59,087 nt of DNA from positions 1-59,087 of the forward strand of contig CAVPLM010000013.1 of the NCBI GenBank assembly GCA_963706025.1, written 5' to 3'. Each line of letters begins with the position of its first letter. Within the stretch, counting starts at the first letter, position 1. The stretch comes from an uncultured Actinomycetes bacterium. Lineage in GTDB: Bacteria > Actinomycetota > Thermoleophilia > RBG-16-64-13. This document shows positions 19,385 to 28,532 of the stretch, in pieces. The notes below the pieces were generated by a model. That model was not told where the DNA came from. It made no database searches and saw only the letters and a list, made by a program, of their open reading frames with translations. The position numbers and the translations under genes are program-made.

Positions 19385-20662
19385 TCAATGAGCGAACAGA
19401 GAGCTGCTAATGTGAAGCGACGCGACCGGTTCACGACGAGAGCAGGCCCGTCGCGAATGCTCAAATCGCAGGGAAGCGAAATAGTGGTTGAGGAACCGCG
19501 TGGTTACAGTCCGAAGACGAGGGAAAAGCTCTTCGGCAAGCTCTAACGTGTCCTTGCGCATGCGAAGATCTCTGCCAAGCTGCCGTACAAGCTCAGTGAC
19601 GGCCGTAAGCTCGGAGACAAGCGAAGTCAATGCTCCTGCGTCCGCGAAACGGGAAAAGCGTTCGGCATTCCTTAGCCTTCTCCACATGGCGTCGCAGAAC
19701 ACGTTGATCTTTGCCGGCTCGTATGCCTTCCGCCCAATCCACCACACCGTATCCGCAGACTCAACCGAGAGGCTGGCTATGCGCAAATCTCCAAGAATCC
19801 CTCGTAGGTGCCAGAGCGCGTCGCTGGGAATTGCTCCAAGGTAAGGTAGAGCGGGAGCTAAGGAACGCCGGCGAAGTGACTGCGAGAGCAAACGGGCTAG
19901 AGCCCGGTTTGCTTCCGGGTAGCGCGGGTTTTCCAAATGCGGCCCAAAGAGAAAGGCCTCGCCGCCGCCAATGAGGCGTGAGCACGCCGCAACCTTCCCT
20001 AGAAGCAGCTCGGCAGCTAGGTGTTTGTCTACCAGGAAGAGGGTCTCCGGGACAAACGCGCGGTAGCGGCCGAGAATGCGGTCTTCGCCCTCGGTCTCGA
20101 TGGGAGGCCCTCCGTAAAGAGGTGCCTCGATGCATATGGAAGACTGGCCTGCGACCGGCGCCCAATCCAACAACACGCCTTCGCGAACCGGGTGCACAAC
20201 ATACTTGTCCGCATAGCGAGTCGCCGCCTTGCTGGCAAGCGCCTTGATAGGAGGCAGATCGGGAAGGATATTGGCCGGCCGCGCGGCCGTTAACCGGAAT
20301 CGTTCCATTGAGGGCTCTTCGTTCATGTCCAGGGCCAGGTAGCAACCGGCACAAAAACCGAGGTAAATGCCGCCTTCACGTATGAAACGGTGGAACTCGC
20401 TCGCACCTGTTCGCCCCAGTGCCTCCGCCATTGCTATCGGATCTCCGCCTCCGATCGCGACTGCGTCGAACTGGTTGAGACATGTGTTGTGTACATCCTC
20501 TTCGTCGAAGAAGAAGAGACCGCTGTATCCCTCACGTTCCAGGGAGTCAGCCAGCCACGTCCAAGAGTGCGAGGCACCCTTTCCCGCGTAGATGCCGACT
20601 GCAGTTTTCTCGGTTGCCGCTAAGGGCCCGTCGCGAGCCGCGCTTGTCGCTGCCCTCTCCAT
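19385..20662 (-). CDS. BPL-N-like class I glutamine-amidotransferase-fold protein with C-terminal helical extension
   Basis: IYAGKGASHSW, GGGD, YLGFCAGCY nucleophile elbow, GPHLE. Confidence 0.75.
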   Translation of the reverse strand: MERAATSAARDGPLAATEKTAVGIYAGKGASHSWTWLADSLEREGYSGLFFFDEEDVHNTCLNQFDAVAIGGGDPIAMAEALGRTGASEFHRFIREGGIYLGFCAGCYLALDMNEEPSMERFRLTAARPANILPDLPPIKALASKAATRYADKYVVHPVREGVLLDWAPVAGQSSICIEAPLYGGPPIETEGEDRILGRYRAFVPETLFLVDKHLAAELLLGKVAACSRLIGGGEAFLFGPHLENPRYPEANRALARLLSQSLRRRSLAPALPYLGAIPSDALWHLRGILGDLRIASLSVESADTVWWIGRKAYEPAKINVFCDAMWRRLRNAERFSRFADAGALTSLVSELTAVTELVRQLGRDLRMRKDTLELAEELFPRLRTVTTRFLNHYFASLRFEHSRRACSRREPVASLHISSSLFAH

Positions 20663-21948
20663 TATGTCTCTTCCGAGTTCGCTTCCATCACGGCAGTGGG
20701 TGCATCCGCAGGCTGCGCCCCAACAGCGGCCGCTACGAGCTCGGTCAGATCCATCATCTGGAGAGAACTCCCACGAGCGGCTATCCCCAGCTGCAGACCC
20801 TGGTAACAGAAGGGGCAGGACGAAACGATGGTGTCCGCGCCGGTTGATTCGGCTTCCTCAATACGAGTCTCTGAGATGGCTGCCTGCACCTGGGGGAAAC
20901 CTGCCTTGAGCCCGCCCCCTGCCCCACAGCAGCGGGAATCCTCTCGCGAACGCTCCATCTCGCGCAGCTCAAGTCCGGGAATCCGCGAAATGACCTGCCT
21001 CGGCGCGTCGTACACACCGCTGTGGCGGCCGAGGTGGCAGGGGTCATGATAGGTGACAGTACGCGGCACTTCGTTTCGCAGTATCAACCGATCCTGTTTG
21101 AGGAGACGCACCAGGTATTCGGATACATGCAGGACCTCAAAGTTGAGGGGAGATATCTTGGGATAGTCCTGGCCAATCGTCTTGAAGCAGCCCGCGCACG
21201 AGGTGACCAAGCTCTGAATCCCAAGCCCGTTCAAGTACTCAATGTTTCTGGCTGCCCGCTCAGCGAATTGTTGACGAAGACCGACTCTGAGCATCACGCT
21301 CCCGCAGCAGGGCTCATCGCGGCCTAGAAAGCCGAAGTCAACCTCAGCTGCTTGAAGCACTTTTGCTGTGCTGACCGCCATCTGCTTGAGATTCATATCG
21401 AAAGATGCCGTGCAGCCAACGAAGAACAGCACCTCCGCCCCCTCCGGCCCTATTACCGGTACGGGCGCGATCTCGGCCAACTTGCCCTTGGCCGCCCGGG
21501 TCGCCCAACGATCGCGGCTGCTCTTTGGCTGCTGCCATGGGTTTTCGTTGTCCTCGATACTTTGGGCAAGCACGCGATGCGGGGGCAAAGGCCCGAGGCC
21601 CGATTCGACAGCCACCGCCCGTAGGGCTTCCCATAGGGCTGCGGTGTCGATGTTGATAGGACATGCCTGCTGACACTGCCCGCAAACGGAGCACTCGTAC
21701 AAGTCCAGGATTGCCTGTTCGACTTCGGCTTTGCCGAGAGCCTTGCCGGCAAACATCCGCTGGAGCCGGTTACCATCCTGCCTCATCAGCCTCTTGAAGA
21801 CGTGGGCCTTGCTCCGGGGCAAGACACCTTCGCGCTGATCCTTTTCGAACACTGGGCACCAGAGCTGACACTCGCCGCATCGGGCGCACGCGTCCAGCTC
21901 CATGGCTTGTCTCCACGTGAGGAGCGACCAATCGAGATCAGGCTTCAT
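20662..21948 (-). CDS. HdrD/GlpC-like Fe-S oxidoreductase (2 ferredoxin motifs plus 2 CCG domains)
   Basis: CARCGECQLWCP, CSVCGQCQQACP, EPCCG, YHDPCHLGR, CCGAGG; ATGA overlap with upstream gene. Confidence 0.9.
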   Translation of the reverse strand: MKPDLDWSLLTWRQAMELDACARCGECQLWCPVFEKDQREGVLPRSKAHVFKRLMRQDGNRLQRMFAGKALGKAEVEQAILDLYECSVCGQCQQACPINIDTAALWEALRAVAVESGLGPLPPHRVLAQSIEDNENPWQQPKSSRDRWATRAAKGKLAEIAPVPVIGPEGAEVLFFVGCTASFDMNLKQMAVSTAKVLQAAEVDFGFLGRDEPCCGSVMLRVGLRQQFAERAARNIEYLNGLGIQSLVTSCAGCFKTIGQDYPKISPLNFEVLHVSEYLVRLLKQDRLILRNEVPRTVTYHDPCHLGRHSGVYDAPRQVISRIPGLELREMERSREDSRCCGAGGGLKAGFPQVQAAISETRIEEAESTGADTIVSSCPFCYQGLQLGIAARGSSLQMMDLTELVAAAVGAQPADAPTAVMEANSEET

Positions 21949-22730
21949 CGCCCCCCAGTCCTCTCCCGCTCCGTCGAAGCGGCCAGCGACATTTCGATTG
22001 GAGCTGCAACAAGGTGCAATAGCTTGCCAAGGGGGATGTAGGCGATCAAGGCGAGCGACAAAACCCCATGAACCCAGAAGAGCACCATACGATTGCGGAT
22101 ACCGACCGCCGGCAGCCATTTGAAGAACCGTCCGATAAAAGCCCAACCTGGAGCAAGGGCACCACCAGCCAGCCGGACACCCTCGGCGGCGAAACCGGTC
22201 AGGGTAACGGCAAGAAGCAGCCAGAGCGGAAGGGCGTCCTCAAACAAAGTCCGGAGCTGCGCCGTCTTCAGAACATACCTTCGAACTAATGCGATGGTTA
22301 CACCAAGAAAAAGCACCAGACCCCAGAAATCCCCCCAGAGATTCAATAGGGCCTGGCCTCGATAGCCCTTGAAGAAGCCCGCGGTTCGCGAGCGGGGTAT
22401 GAACCACTGCAGAACCATCAGCCAAAGACTCTGCAGGAAGAGCATTACGAAGCCCCAGTAGATCGCCGTATGCATGGCCCAGCGAACTTGGCTCTGGCTC
22501 CGCAGTTTGGGCTGAAATAGAATGTCGTTTAGGGTGCTCTTCGCCGCAGGCTGGTCAAACCCTCGAACTCCGACTCTCGCTTTCCCAACTGTCCACTGCG
22601 AAACACGGACGTATAGTCCTAGCAGAAAGATGGCTACGGCGAGGAACGCAAGCAAATAGAAGAACCGCGGGTGAGCGTAACCATATGGTGGCTCCTCTTT
22701 GCCGCGCCAGAACTTGGAGCTTCCACTCAT
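21945..22730 (-). CDS. NarI/HdrE-like b-type cytochrome membrane subunit
   Basis: RWAMHTAIYWGF, ALVRRY, TGFAAEG, WVHG..YIPLGKLLH. Confidence 0.8.
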   Translation of the reverse strand: MSGSSKFWRGKEEPPYGYAHPRFFYLLAFLAVAIFLLGLYVRVSQWTVGKARVGVRGFDQPAAKSTLNDILFQPKLRSQSQVRWAMHTAIYWGFVMLFLQSLWLMVLQWFIPRSRTAGFFKGYRGQALLNLWGDFWGLVLFLGVTIALVRRYVLKTAQLRTLFEDALPLWLLLAVTLTGFAAEGVRLAGGALAPGWAFIGRFFKWLPAVGIRNRMVLFWVHGVLSLALIAYIPLGKLLHLVAAPIEMSLAASTERERTGGR

Positions 22731-22738
22731 GGCCGACG

Positions 22739-24010
22739 CTACCAGGTTAAGCTGAGCGGGCCCGAAGTGGATCCGGCCGCGAGTTCTAGAAGATGTTCGG
22801 ACTCCAGCTCCATGCCGGCCCCCAGTGCGACGGCCTGTAGCAAACGCTGCTGATCGAGAGAAGGAGCGGTCGCCAACAACATGGGGCAAACGCCGAGGAC
22901 GTATCCGAGGAGAGAGGCGCCGGAAGCCGCCGAAGCAGGGTAGTTGACGATCGGCAAATGATTGCCTTCGACTGCTTCCCGAAGGGAATTGATGGCCGAT
23001 GCTCCGCTGGCTGCCCCACGCGCCGCTGCCTCCTCTGCAGCCGCAAGGGGATCCACCCCCAAACGGGCTGCCTCGCGTAAGATGCTGACCGCATCGGTGG
23101 CTGCAAATCCAGCGGCGTGCAGCCGCAGCAAGCTGTGAGGTTCAGTGAGAAGCATACCCGGCTCGGCAACCCCAGAGGGGAGCATTTCGTTGGCCGGTTC
23201 ATCGATCTTCGCGAACGTAGCGCAGGCAGCTGGGCAACCGTAGCAGGAACGATGACGATGAACATATGGTTCCAGCCATTCGGCAAGGGGGCCTGCTGCG
23301 ATACCAGCGCTGACAGCGGCGGCAATAAGTCCCTTGGACCTGCGGGCTCCAGCCACCTCGTTGCTGAGGTCCACGGATAGCGCGAATAGCTCGTCGGGCT
23401 CCTCGGCGTCGATGATGCCGAGTCCTCGCCAGGCAATCGCCTTCACTCGTTTATGACCAAGTGTCCCCGCCAGACCGTCGTGGTCAGCGCTTGCCCAATA
23501 GTTGACTATCACCTGGCTGCCCGTAAGACCTCGTTCTCCGGCCGGTCCGATGGACACCACCTGCACCACCTGATCGCCCTTGAGCGTTTTGATGCTGTCC
23601 GCCGTCTGCCAGGTGTCCTTGCCCCATAATCCCGATGCGTCCTCGAGAGCGGCAAAACCGTCGTGGATCCATAGAATGACCGGCTGCGGCGAGACTCCCT
23701 TGAGAACTACAGCGTCGAAGCCCGAGAGTTTAGCCTCGAACCCGATGAACTGGGTCAACGGGGCGTGGAGACGTTGCCCCTGCGCTCCAAAGGCGCTGAG
23801 AACGGCAAGAGCACCGCCAGGAACGAGTGTCCCGGTTAGTGGGCCGGTCGATATGACAACCGGCTGATCTTCACTGTAGGTTTCGAGCAGGCTGGACGCT
23901 AACCCTATTCCTCCGACCGTCTTCTCTATCAGCTCGTCATCATAGTCGATGACGTCCACCCGGCGATCAGCCAGATCAGCAACAAGTATCTTCCCCTCGT
24001 ACAGAAGCAT
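22739..24010 (-). CDS. Short, degenerate aldehyde:ferredoxin-oxidoreductase-like protein
   Basis: AOR N-terminal motifs (GPLTGT, GFDAVV, LWGKDT, SIGPAGE, KAI) and SCYGCPAAC; only 423 aa. Confidence 0.8.
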   Translation of the reverse strand: MLLYEGKILVADLADRRVDVIDYDDELIEKTVGGIGLASSLLETYSEDQPVVISTGPLTGTLVPGGALAVLSAFGAQGQRLHAPLTQFIGFEAKLSGFDAVVLKGVSPQPVILWIHDGFAALEDASGLWGKDTWQTADSIKTLKGDQVVQVVSIGPAGERGLTGSQVIVNYWASADHDGLAGTLGHKRVKAIAWRGLGIIDAEEPDELFALSVDLSNEVAGARRSKGLIAAAVSAGIAAGPLAEWLEPYVHRHRSCYGCPAACATFAKIDEPANEMLPSGVAEPGMLLTEPHSLLRLHAAGFAATDAVSILREAARLGVDPLAAAEEAAARGAASGASAINSLREAVEGNHLPIVNYPASAASGASLLGYVLGVCPMLLATAPSLDQQRLLQAVALGAGMELESEHLLELAAGSTSGPLSLTW

Positions 24011-24019
24011 GGGCTCCTC

Positions 24020-24355
24020 CTACCGGCTGATGGCGCCTGTTGGGCACGCCTGTTCGCATGGGGCAGGGTCACATTTGTCACAGCTTGGGCGTAACAGAAT
24101 CGGCTTCCCGCCAGCCATCACTGGCCCGGAGCTATCCCCAGGCTTACGCACGAATACACCTTCCGGGCGAACTCCAACCATCTCGTTGTCCGTCTTGTAG
24201 AGCAGTCCGAAGTAGTTCTTCTTTTCCTCACCGCGGTACAGCATCACGCTGGCCGACGTAACCGTATAACCCTCGTCGCGGTAGTTCCCGCAGGCAACCT
24301 CACATCGGCCACAGCCGATGCAGGATAGAGGATCGAACTTCAGGTGGAGCTCCAT
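24020..24355 (-). CDS. Small 4Fe-4S protein
   Basis: CIGCGRCEVAC and CDKCDPAPCEQACP. Confidence 0.85.
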   Translation of the reverse strand: MELHLKFDPLSCIGCGRCEVACGNYRDEGYTVTSASVMLYRGEEKKNYFGLLYKTDNEMVGVRPEGVFVRKPGDSSGPVMAGGKPILLRPSCDKCDPAPCEQACPTGAISR

Positions 24356-24394
24356 CTTCCTACCTTCCCATCTGTCAGCGTTTCCGGGTTCCGG

Positions 24395-25501
24395 CTAGGG
24401 GCAGCACAGCCGTTCGATTATCTGCAGCGCAATCTCGTACGTTCGATCGGAAGCATCGAGAGTCGGCCAGCCAGCTCGCCGGACATCGATCTCCATGAGA
24501 TCCAGGCCTACTAGGCGTCTTCGTCCACCCCTTGCATACCGGCCAACCTCTTCAACGACCTGGAGCAGGCGGTCCCGCGGCAGCCCTTCCCTCTCACAGA
24601 AACGGACGCCGTTCAAGGCACGACGGGCACCGACATCCAGATCGACTGAGACGTACACATAGGGGGCGTCTATGGCGTTAAGAGCCCGCGAGGCAGCAGA
24701 TTCGTCAGCCATAAGGCTTTGCTGGGTCGCTATCGTAACCCCCTGTCGCTTCAGAGCCGCATAGGCTTCCACGTATCGCCGCACTCGCCTATCGTGGATA
24801 CGGAAGGCATGCCTGGGAGGGTAGTCGGCAACTCCAAGCAAACAGAGGTTGCGCGCGCAGATAACGCCGTCTCGAAGCAAATGCGCCAGAAACGAACTGG
24901 CGTTATAGGAGTCGCTGCGTCCGACCAGAAACGGATCCCTCGCATCGAAGCAAGACTGGGCGTTGGTCTCCAGGTCGTATTCGATGGCACCGATCGCTGT
25001 TGGAGCGGGTATCGCATCGGAGTGCGCGTCGAGCACTATGACCGCTAGCTGGTCACGACCGAACTGGTGCGCGAGCGCTTGGATGACTCCGCCGCTCAGA
25101 GCGTGATCTACTCCGATCAGACAAGGTACATCCGGGAGTATGTGGGTCGTTACGAACTGCTCAAGCGCGTTCGCGCAGCGGCGAAGGTCGCCCGATTCAG
25201 TGAAATCGACAAAGTTCGCCGTGTGCATGTACTCGCGATCTTCCTGAACGGGAACCGGGCGGAGCCAGGAGGGAACCTCCATGGACCCTGCCCGCTTCCA
25301 CTTCGCAGCCCAAGGAATACCGTCAAGTAATTGCGTGACGACCGCGTACGGGTCGTCAGGCAAATCACTTCCAATTCGGCTTCTCTTATCGCGCACCGCG
25401 CTATCTCGCTCGTCGCTATCTAGCGGACAGCCCAGAAACACCAGGTTGGCCGACGGCAACTCAGAAGGAGTGCAACTCATCGCTTCGCTGGTCGTGTTCA
25501 C
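24395..25501 (-). CDS. Ureohydrolase (arginase/agmatinase superfamily)
   Basis: GVDHALS, LDAHSD, SVDLDV, GLDLME. Confidence 0.8.
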   Translation of the reverse strand: MNTTSEAMSCTPSELPSANLVFLGCPLDSDERDSAVRDKRSRIGSDLPDDPYAVVTQLLDGIPWAAKWKRAGSMEVPSWLRPVPVQEDREYMHTANFVDFTESGDLRRCANALEQFVTTHILPDVPCLIGVDHALSGGVIQALAHQFGRDQLAVIVLDAHSDAIPAPTAIGAIEYDLETNAQSCFDARDPFLVGRSDSYNASSFLAHLLRDGVICARNLCLLGVADYPPRHAFRIHDRRVRRYVEAYAALKRQGVTIATQQSLMADESAASRALNAIDAPYVYVSVDLDVGARRALNGVRFCEREGLPRDRLLQVVEEVGRYARGGRRRLVGLDLMEIDVRRAGWPTLDASDRTYEIALQIIERLCCP

Positions 25502-25533
25502 TGAGAATCCAATGCCCAGTCCATAGGTAGCAT

Positions 25534-26859
25534 TTACGACACTGGGGGCAGTGCTTCATCAATCAGTTGAGTGATATCGAGTACGGGCATCTGGCTTCCA
25601 ATATGAGCCGCACCCTCGGTTAGATTGACGAAGCAGAAAGGACAGATGGAAATGAGCTGGTCAGCACCAGTCTCCATGGCCTCTTCGACACGAAGGCTTG
25701 CATTTTTCGTAGCCCAGTCCTTGTAACCTGTCATCACTCCTCCACCGCCGCCGCAGCAGAAGGAGTTTTCGCGCACCCGCTCCATCTCTCGGAACTGCAG
25801 ACCGGGAATTGCGTGGAGCAAATCACGGGGTTGCTCATATACGCACTCAGATTGGTCCTCACCAAGGTATGCGCCCGGGTACTGCTCAGTGCCTTCCACG
25901 TCAATGCGGTACTCCGTCAGGTGGCGACCCGTATGACACGGATCGTGGTACGTGACGGTACGGTTGACTTCGATGCTGAGCGGCAACTCGCCTTTCTTGA
26001 ACATGTCGTACAGAAGATCGGCGGTGTGGATGATGCTTATGCCGGACAGAGCCTCTTCATACTCGTCGGCCAGACGGTAGTCCTTCGTCAGGGCCCGGTA
26101 GCAACCCGCACAAGAGGTGACAATCGTATTGACGCCCTGTTCCTCATGCAGCTGCTTGAAAACAGCCATGTTCCTCTCGGCAAGTGTCCGGAACTCCGCT
26201 ACTTCACCAAGCCGCATAGCGGTCGATCCACAGCACAGTTCCTGCTCTCCGAGAATGCCAAAGTCGAGACCCAGCTTCTGGAAGATGGAGGCGGTCGCGA
26301 CGGGGATTACCCGGACCGACGCGTTGTAGGCTGCTGTGCAGCCAACCCAAAACAGAACGCTTGCGGGTTGTTTCGTGATGTCCTTGATGGGTCGCCCTGC
26401 CTTCTTGAACGGACGAGTCCAGTCTGTCCGTGCTCGGCGCGGTCCCTGATAAGGATTGTCATAGGTCCCCAGTGACTGGGTCACGACTTTCTGAGAGGGC
26501 ATGGGACCAGCGCCCGCGGCGACCGCGTCACGGCGGATGGCCTCTATGATGTCGGGGATGAAGGGCTTGTGATCCAGCTGGCACTGAGCCTGACAACCCC
26601 CGCAGACCGTGCATTTGTACACTGCATCAACCAGTTCGTCGTCCCATTCAAGCTGTCCATCCAGAATCCCGCGCGCGTACGCGATCTTGCCCTTCGAAGC
26701 GAGATAGCCCTCGAACCCATACTCGACGCCTGCGGGGCAAATGGTATTGGACCACGGTGGCGGACCGTACTCGTACGCGCTCTTACACGTTCCGCAGGCC
26801 GTGCAGCGCCAGATCTTCTTTTCTAGATCCTTGAGCGTGGCGACATCCCAGTGCATCAT
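25534..26859 (-). CDS. GlcF/HdrD-like Fe-S oxidoreductase subunit
   Basis: CTACGTC...CP, CTVCGGCQAQC, ELCCG, YHDPCH, CCGGGG. Confidence 0.9.
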   Translation of the reverse strand: MMHWDVATLKDLEKKIWRCTACGTCKSAYEYGPPPWSNTICPAGVEYGFEGYLASKGKIAYARGILDGQLEWDDELVDAVYKCTVCGGCQAQCQLDHKPFIPDIIEAIRRDAVAAGAGPMPSQKVVTQSLGTYDNPYQGPRRARTDWTRPFKKAGRPIKDITKQPASVLFWVGCTAAYNASVRVIPVATASIFQKLGLDFGILGEQELCCGSTAMRLGEVAEFRTLAERNMAVFKQLHEEQGVNTIVTSCAGCYRALTKDYRLADEYEEALSGISIIHTADLLYDMFKKGELPLSIEVNRTVTYHDPCHTGRHLTEYRIDVEGTEQYPGAYLGEDQSECVYEQPRDLLHAIPGLQFREMERVRENSFCCGGGGGVMTGYKDWATKNASLRVEEAMETGADQLISICPFCFVNLTEGAAHIGSQMPVLDITQLIDEALPPVS

Positions 26860-26902
26860 ATCCTCCTCCGAAAGCCGACTGTTGACTTGGAACCCGGCTC
26901 GT

Positions 26903-28342
26903 TCAGATCCCCAACTTCCCAGGATTCATGATGTCGTTAGGATCGAGGAACCGCTTCACTCGAGTGAGCAGATCGAGATAGCCGGGGTCGACCCGTTTGT
27001 TGATCTCGACGGCGAAATCGACAGACGGCTTGTAGGGTATGCCCCCGTGATCGAGGTCGACCTTGAGGCATTCCACGATGGCGTGGCGAGCGTTTTCGGT
27101 TGCTGCCGCGCTCTGCTTGTCGAAGGGAACCATGGCCCGAAGCATGCCGTAGTGCACGCCGCGGTACATGCTCATCCTGACCGCCGGAGAGATGTCGTGT
27201 TCCGTGAGGATCCGCTTCCAATCCTTGTACACGGCCGGCCACTTCTTGGCTGGAGTGAACGTCCCGGGCCAAGAGATGCCGCCGCCGCCCTGCTTGCTAT
27301 AGTTCTTGGTAGAGCCGACGATCTGACTCGGGAGCTCAGTCCGTGCCTTCAGCGCCTCCTCGGGGTATTGGGTTACCTTCAGCGAGGAGCCCTTCGCCTG
27401 CTCCTCAGCCACGACCTCCTCCCAGATCTCCTGACGAGCCTCTTCTTCCTTCTTGGTGAACGAGTTCGTGTTCGCGAAACAAAACCACTCGGCAGCGCTC
27501 TGAGGCATGGGTTTGAACGGGCTTGGGATAGGAACCTGAGCAAGCCACCAGGAGACTGCGGTCAGGTCGTCGCATATCTCGTAATTGCTTAGATTGAGCA
27601 TATACGAGTACATATCCTCGACCGTCGCTGCCGAGACCGTGAAAGTCCTCTGCAGCGGCGGCAGAGGATGAACGTTGATGCCCAGCTTAGTGACAACTCC
27701 GCTCGAGCCAAGCCACCCCTTGAATAGGCCATCCAATTGAGGAAGCGGCAGAACGCTGTGCCAGGCGTCCTCTTGAACTGCGCACGACCCTACGCGGACC
27801 AGCTCGCCGGTAGGCAGGACCACCTCCATGCTGGTGATTTCCTGGCTCTGCAGCCCGTATCGAGCACTGAGTCCTCCGATCCCGTGTGACACGCAGCAGG
27901 CGACGACAGAGGAAGATGGCGGACCAACCGGCCACCCGAACCGCAGTTTGTGCGGGTAGAGGGCGGACGCCAACTGGCCGTGCGAGACGCCAGGCTCGAT
28001 CACCGCATAGTGAGCTTCAACGTCGAGGGTGAGGATGCGGTTCATCCTCTTGAGATCGAGGATAATGCCTCCCCGCTCGGGGATGCACAGTCCCCCGATG
28101 TTGGTACCGGAGGTGTACGGTACCACTGGGATAAGTTCCCGGTTTGCGAAGCGCAGGACATCTTGTATTTGTCCGACCTCGGTCGCAAGGACGACATAAT
28201 CGGGCATTTTGGGCTGCACGAAAGACATGTCGTAGGAATACGCATAGCGAACATGCTTGGCTGCCGTTGCATTCTGCTCGCCCACAATGGACTTGAGCTC
28301 GGCAAGTACTCGGGCTTCCCGTTTGGCAGGTGTGTCGCTCAC
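26903..28342 (-). CDS. FAD-linked oxidoreductase, GlcD/D-lactate dehydrogenase family
   Basis: P..SGTN.GG, LDLKRMNRI, EPGV, EVVLPTGE, LDPNDIMNPGK; GTG start after a purine-rich RBS. Confidence 0.9.
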   Translation of the reverse strand: MSDTPAKREARVLAELKSIVGEQNATAAKHVRYAYSYDMSFVQPKMPDYVVLATEVGQIQDVLRFANRELIPVVPYTSGTNIGGLCIPERGGIILDLKRMNRILTLDVEAHYAVIEPGVSHGQLASALYPHKLRFGWPVGPPSSSVVACCVSHGIGGLSARYGLQSQEITSMEVVLPTGELVRVGSCAVQEDAWHSVLPLPQLDGLFKGWLGSSGVVTKLGINVHPLPPLQRTFTVSAATVEDMYSYMLNLSNYEICDDLTAVSWWLAQVPIPSPFKPMPQSAAEWFCFANTNSFTKKEEEARQEIWEEVVAEEQAKGSSLKVTQYPEEALKARTELPSQIVGSTKNYSKQGGGGISWPGTFTPAKKWPAVYKDWKRILTEHDISPAVRMSMYRGVHYGMLRAMVPFDKQSAAATENARHAIVECLKVDLDHGGIPYKPSVDFAVEINKRVDPGYLDLLTRVKRFLDPNDIMNPGKLGI

Positions 28343-28428
28343 GGCTCTCGTTTCCCTCCCCTTCGCTGTTCCCTCTGCTGGTCGCGTCTTTTCTTCTGCC
28401 GTCTGCACGGATTGGCGACGACACGACA

Positions 28429-28516
28429 AAGATAGCGGGGAGAGATACCGAATTCGACGTCAGAAAGCGACCAAATCAGCGCCGTATATCGTCTGTTTGC
28501 GGCTAGGAAAGGACAA
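28429..28516 (-). promoter_or_regulatory. Activator-dependent promoter, copy 1 of shared motif
   Basis: Minus strand GTCCTTTC..AAACAGACGATAT..CTTTCTGAC-N24-TATCTT; same layout at 32.2 and 35.8 kb. Confidence 0.6.
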
Positions 28517-28532
28517 AAGGCCAGGTTGGCTG

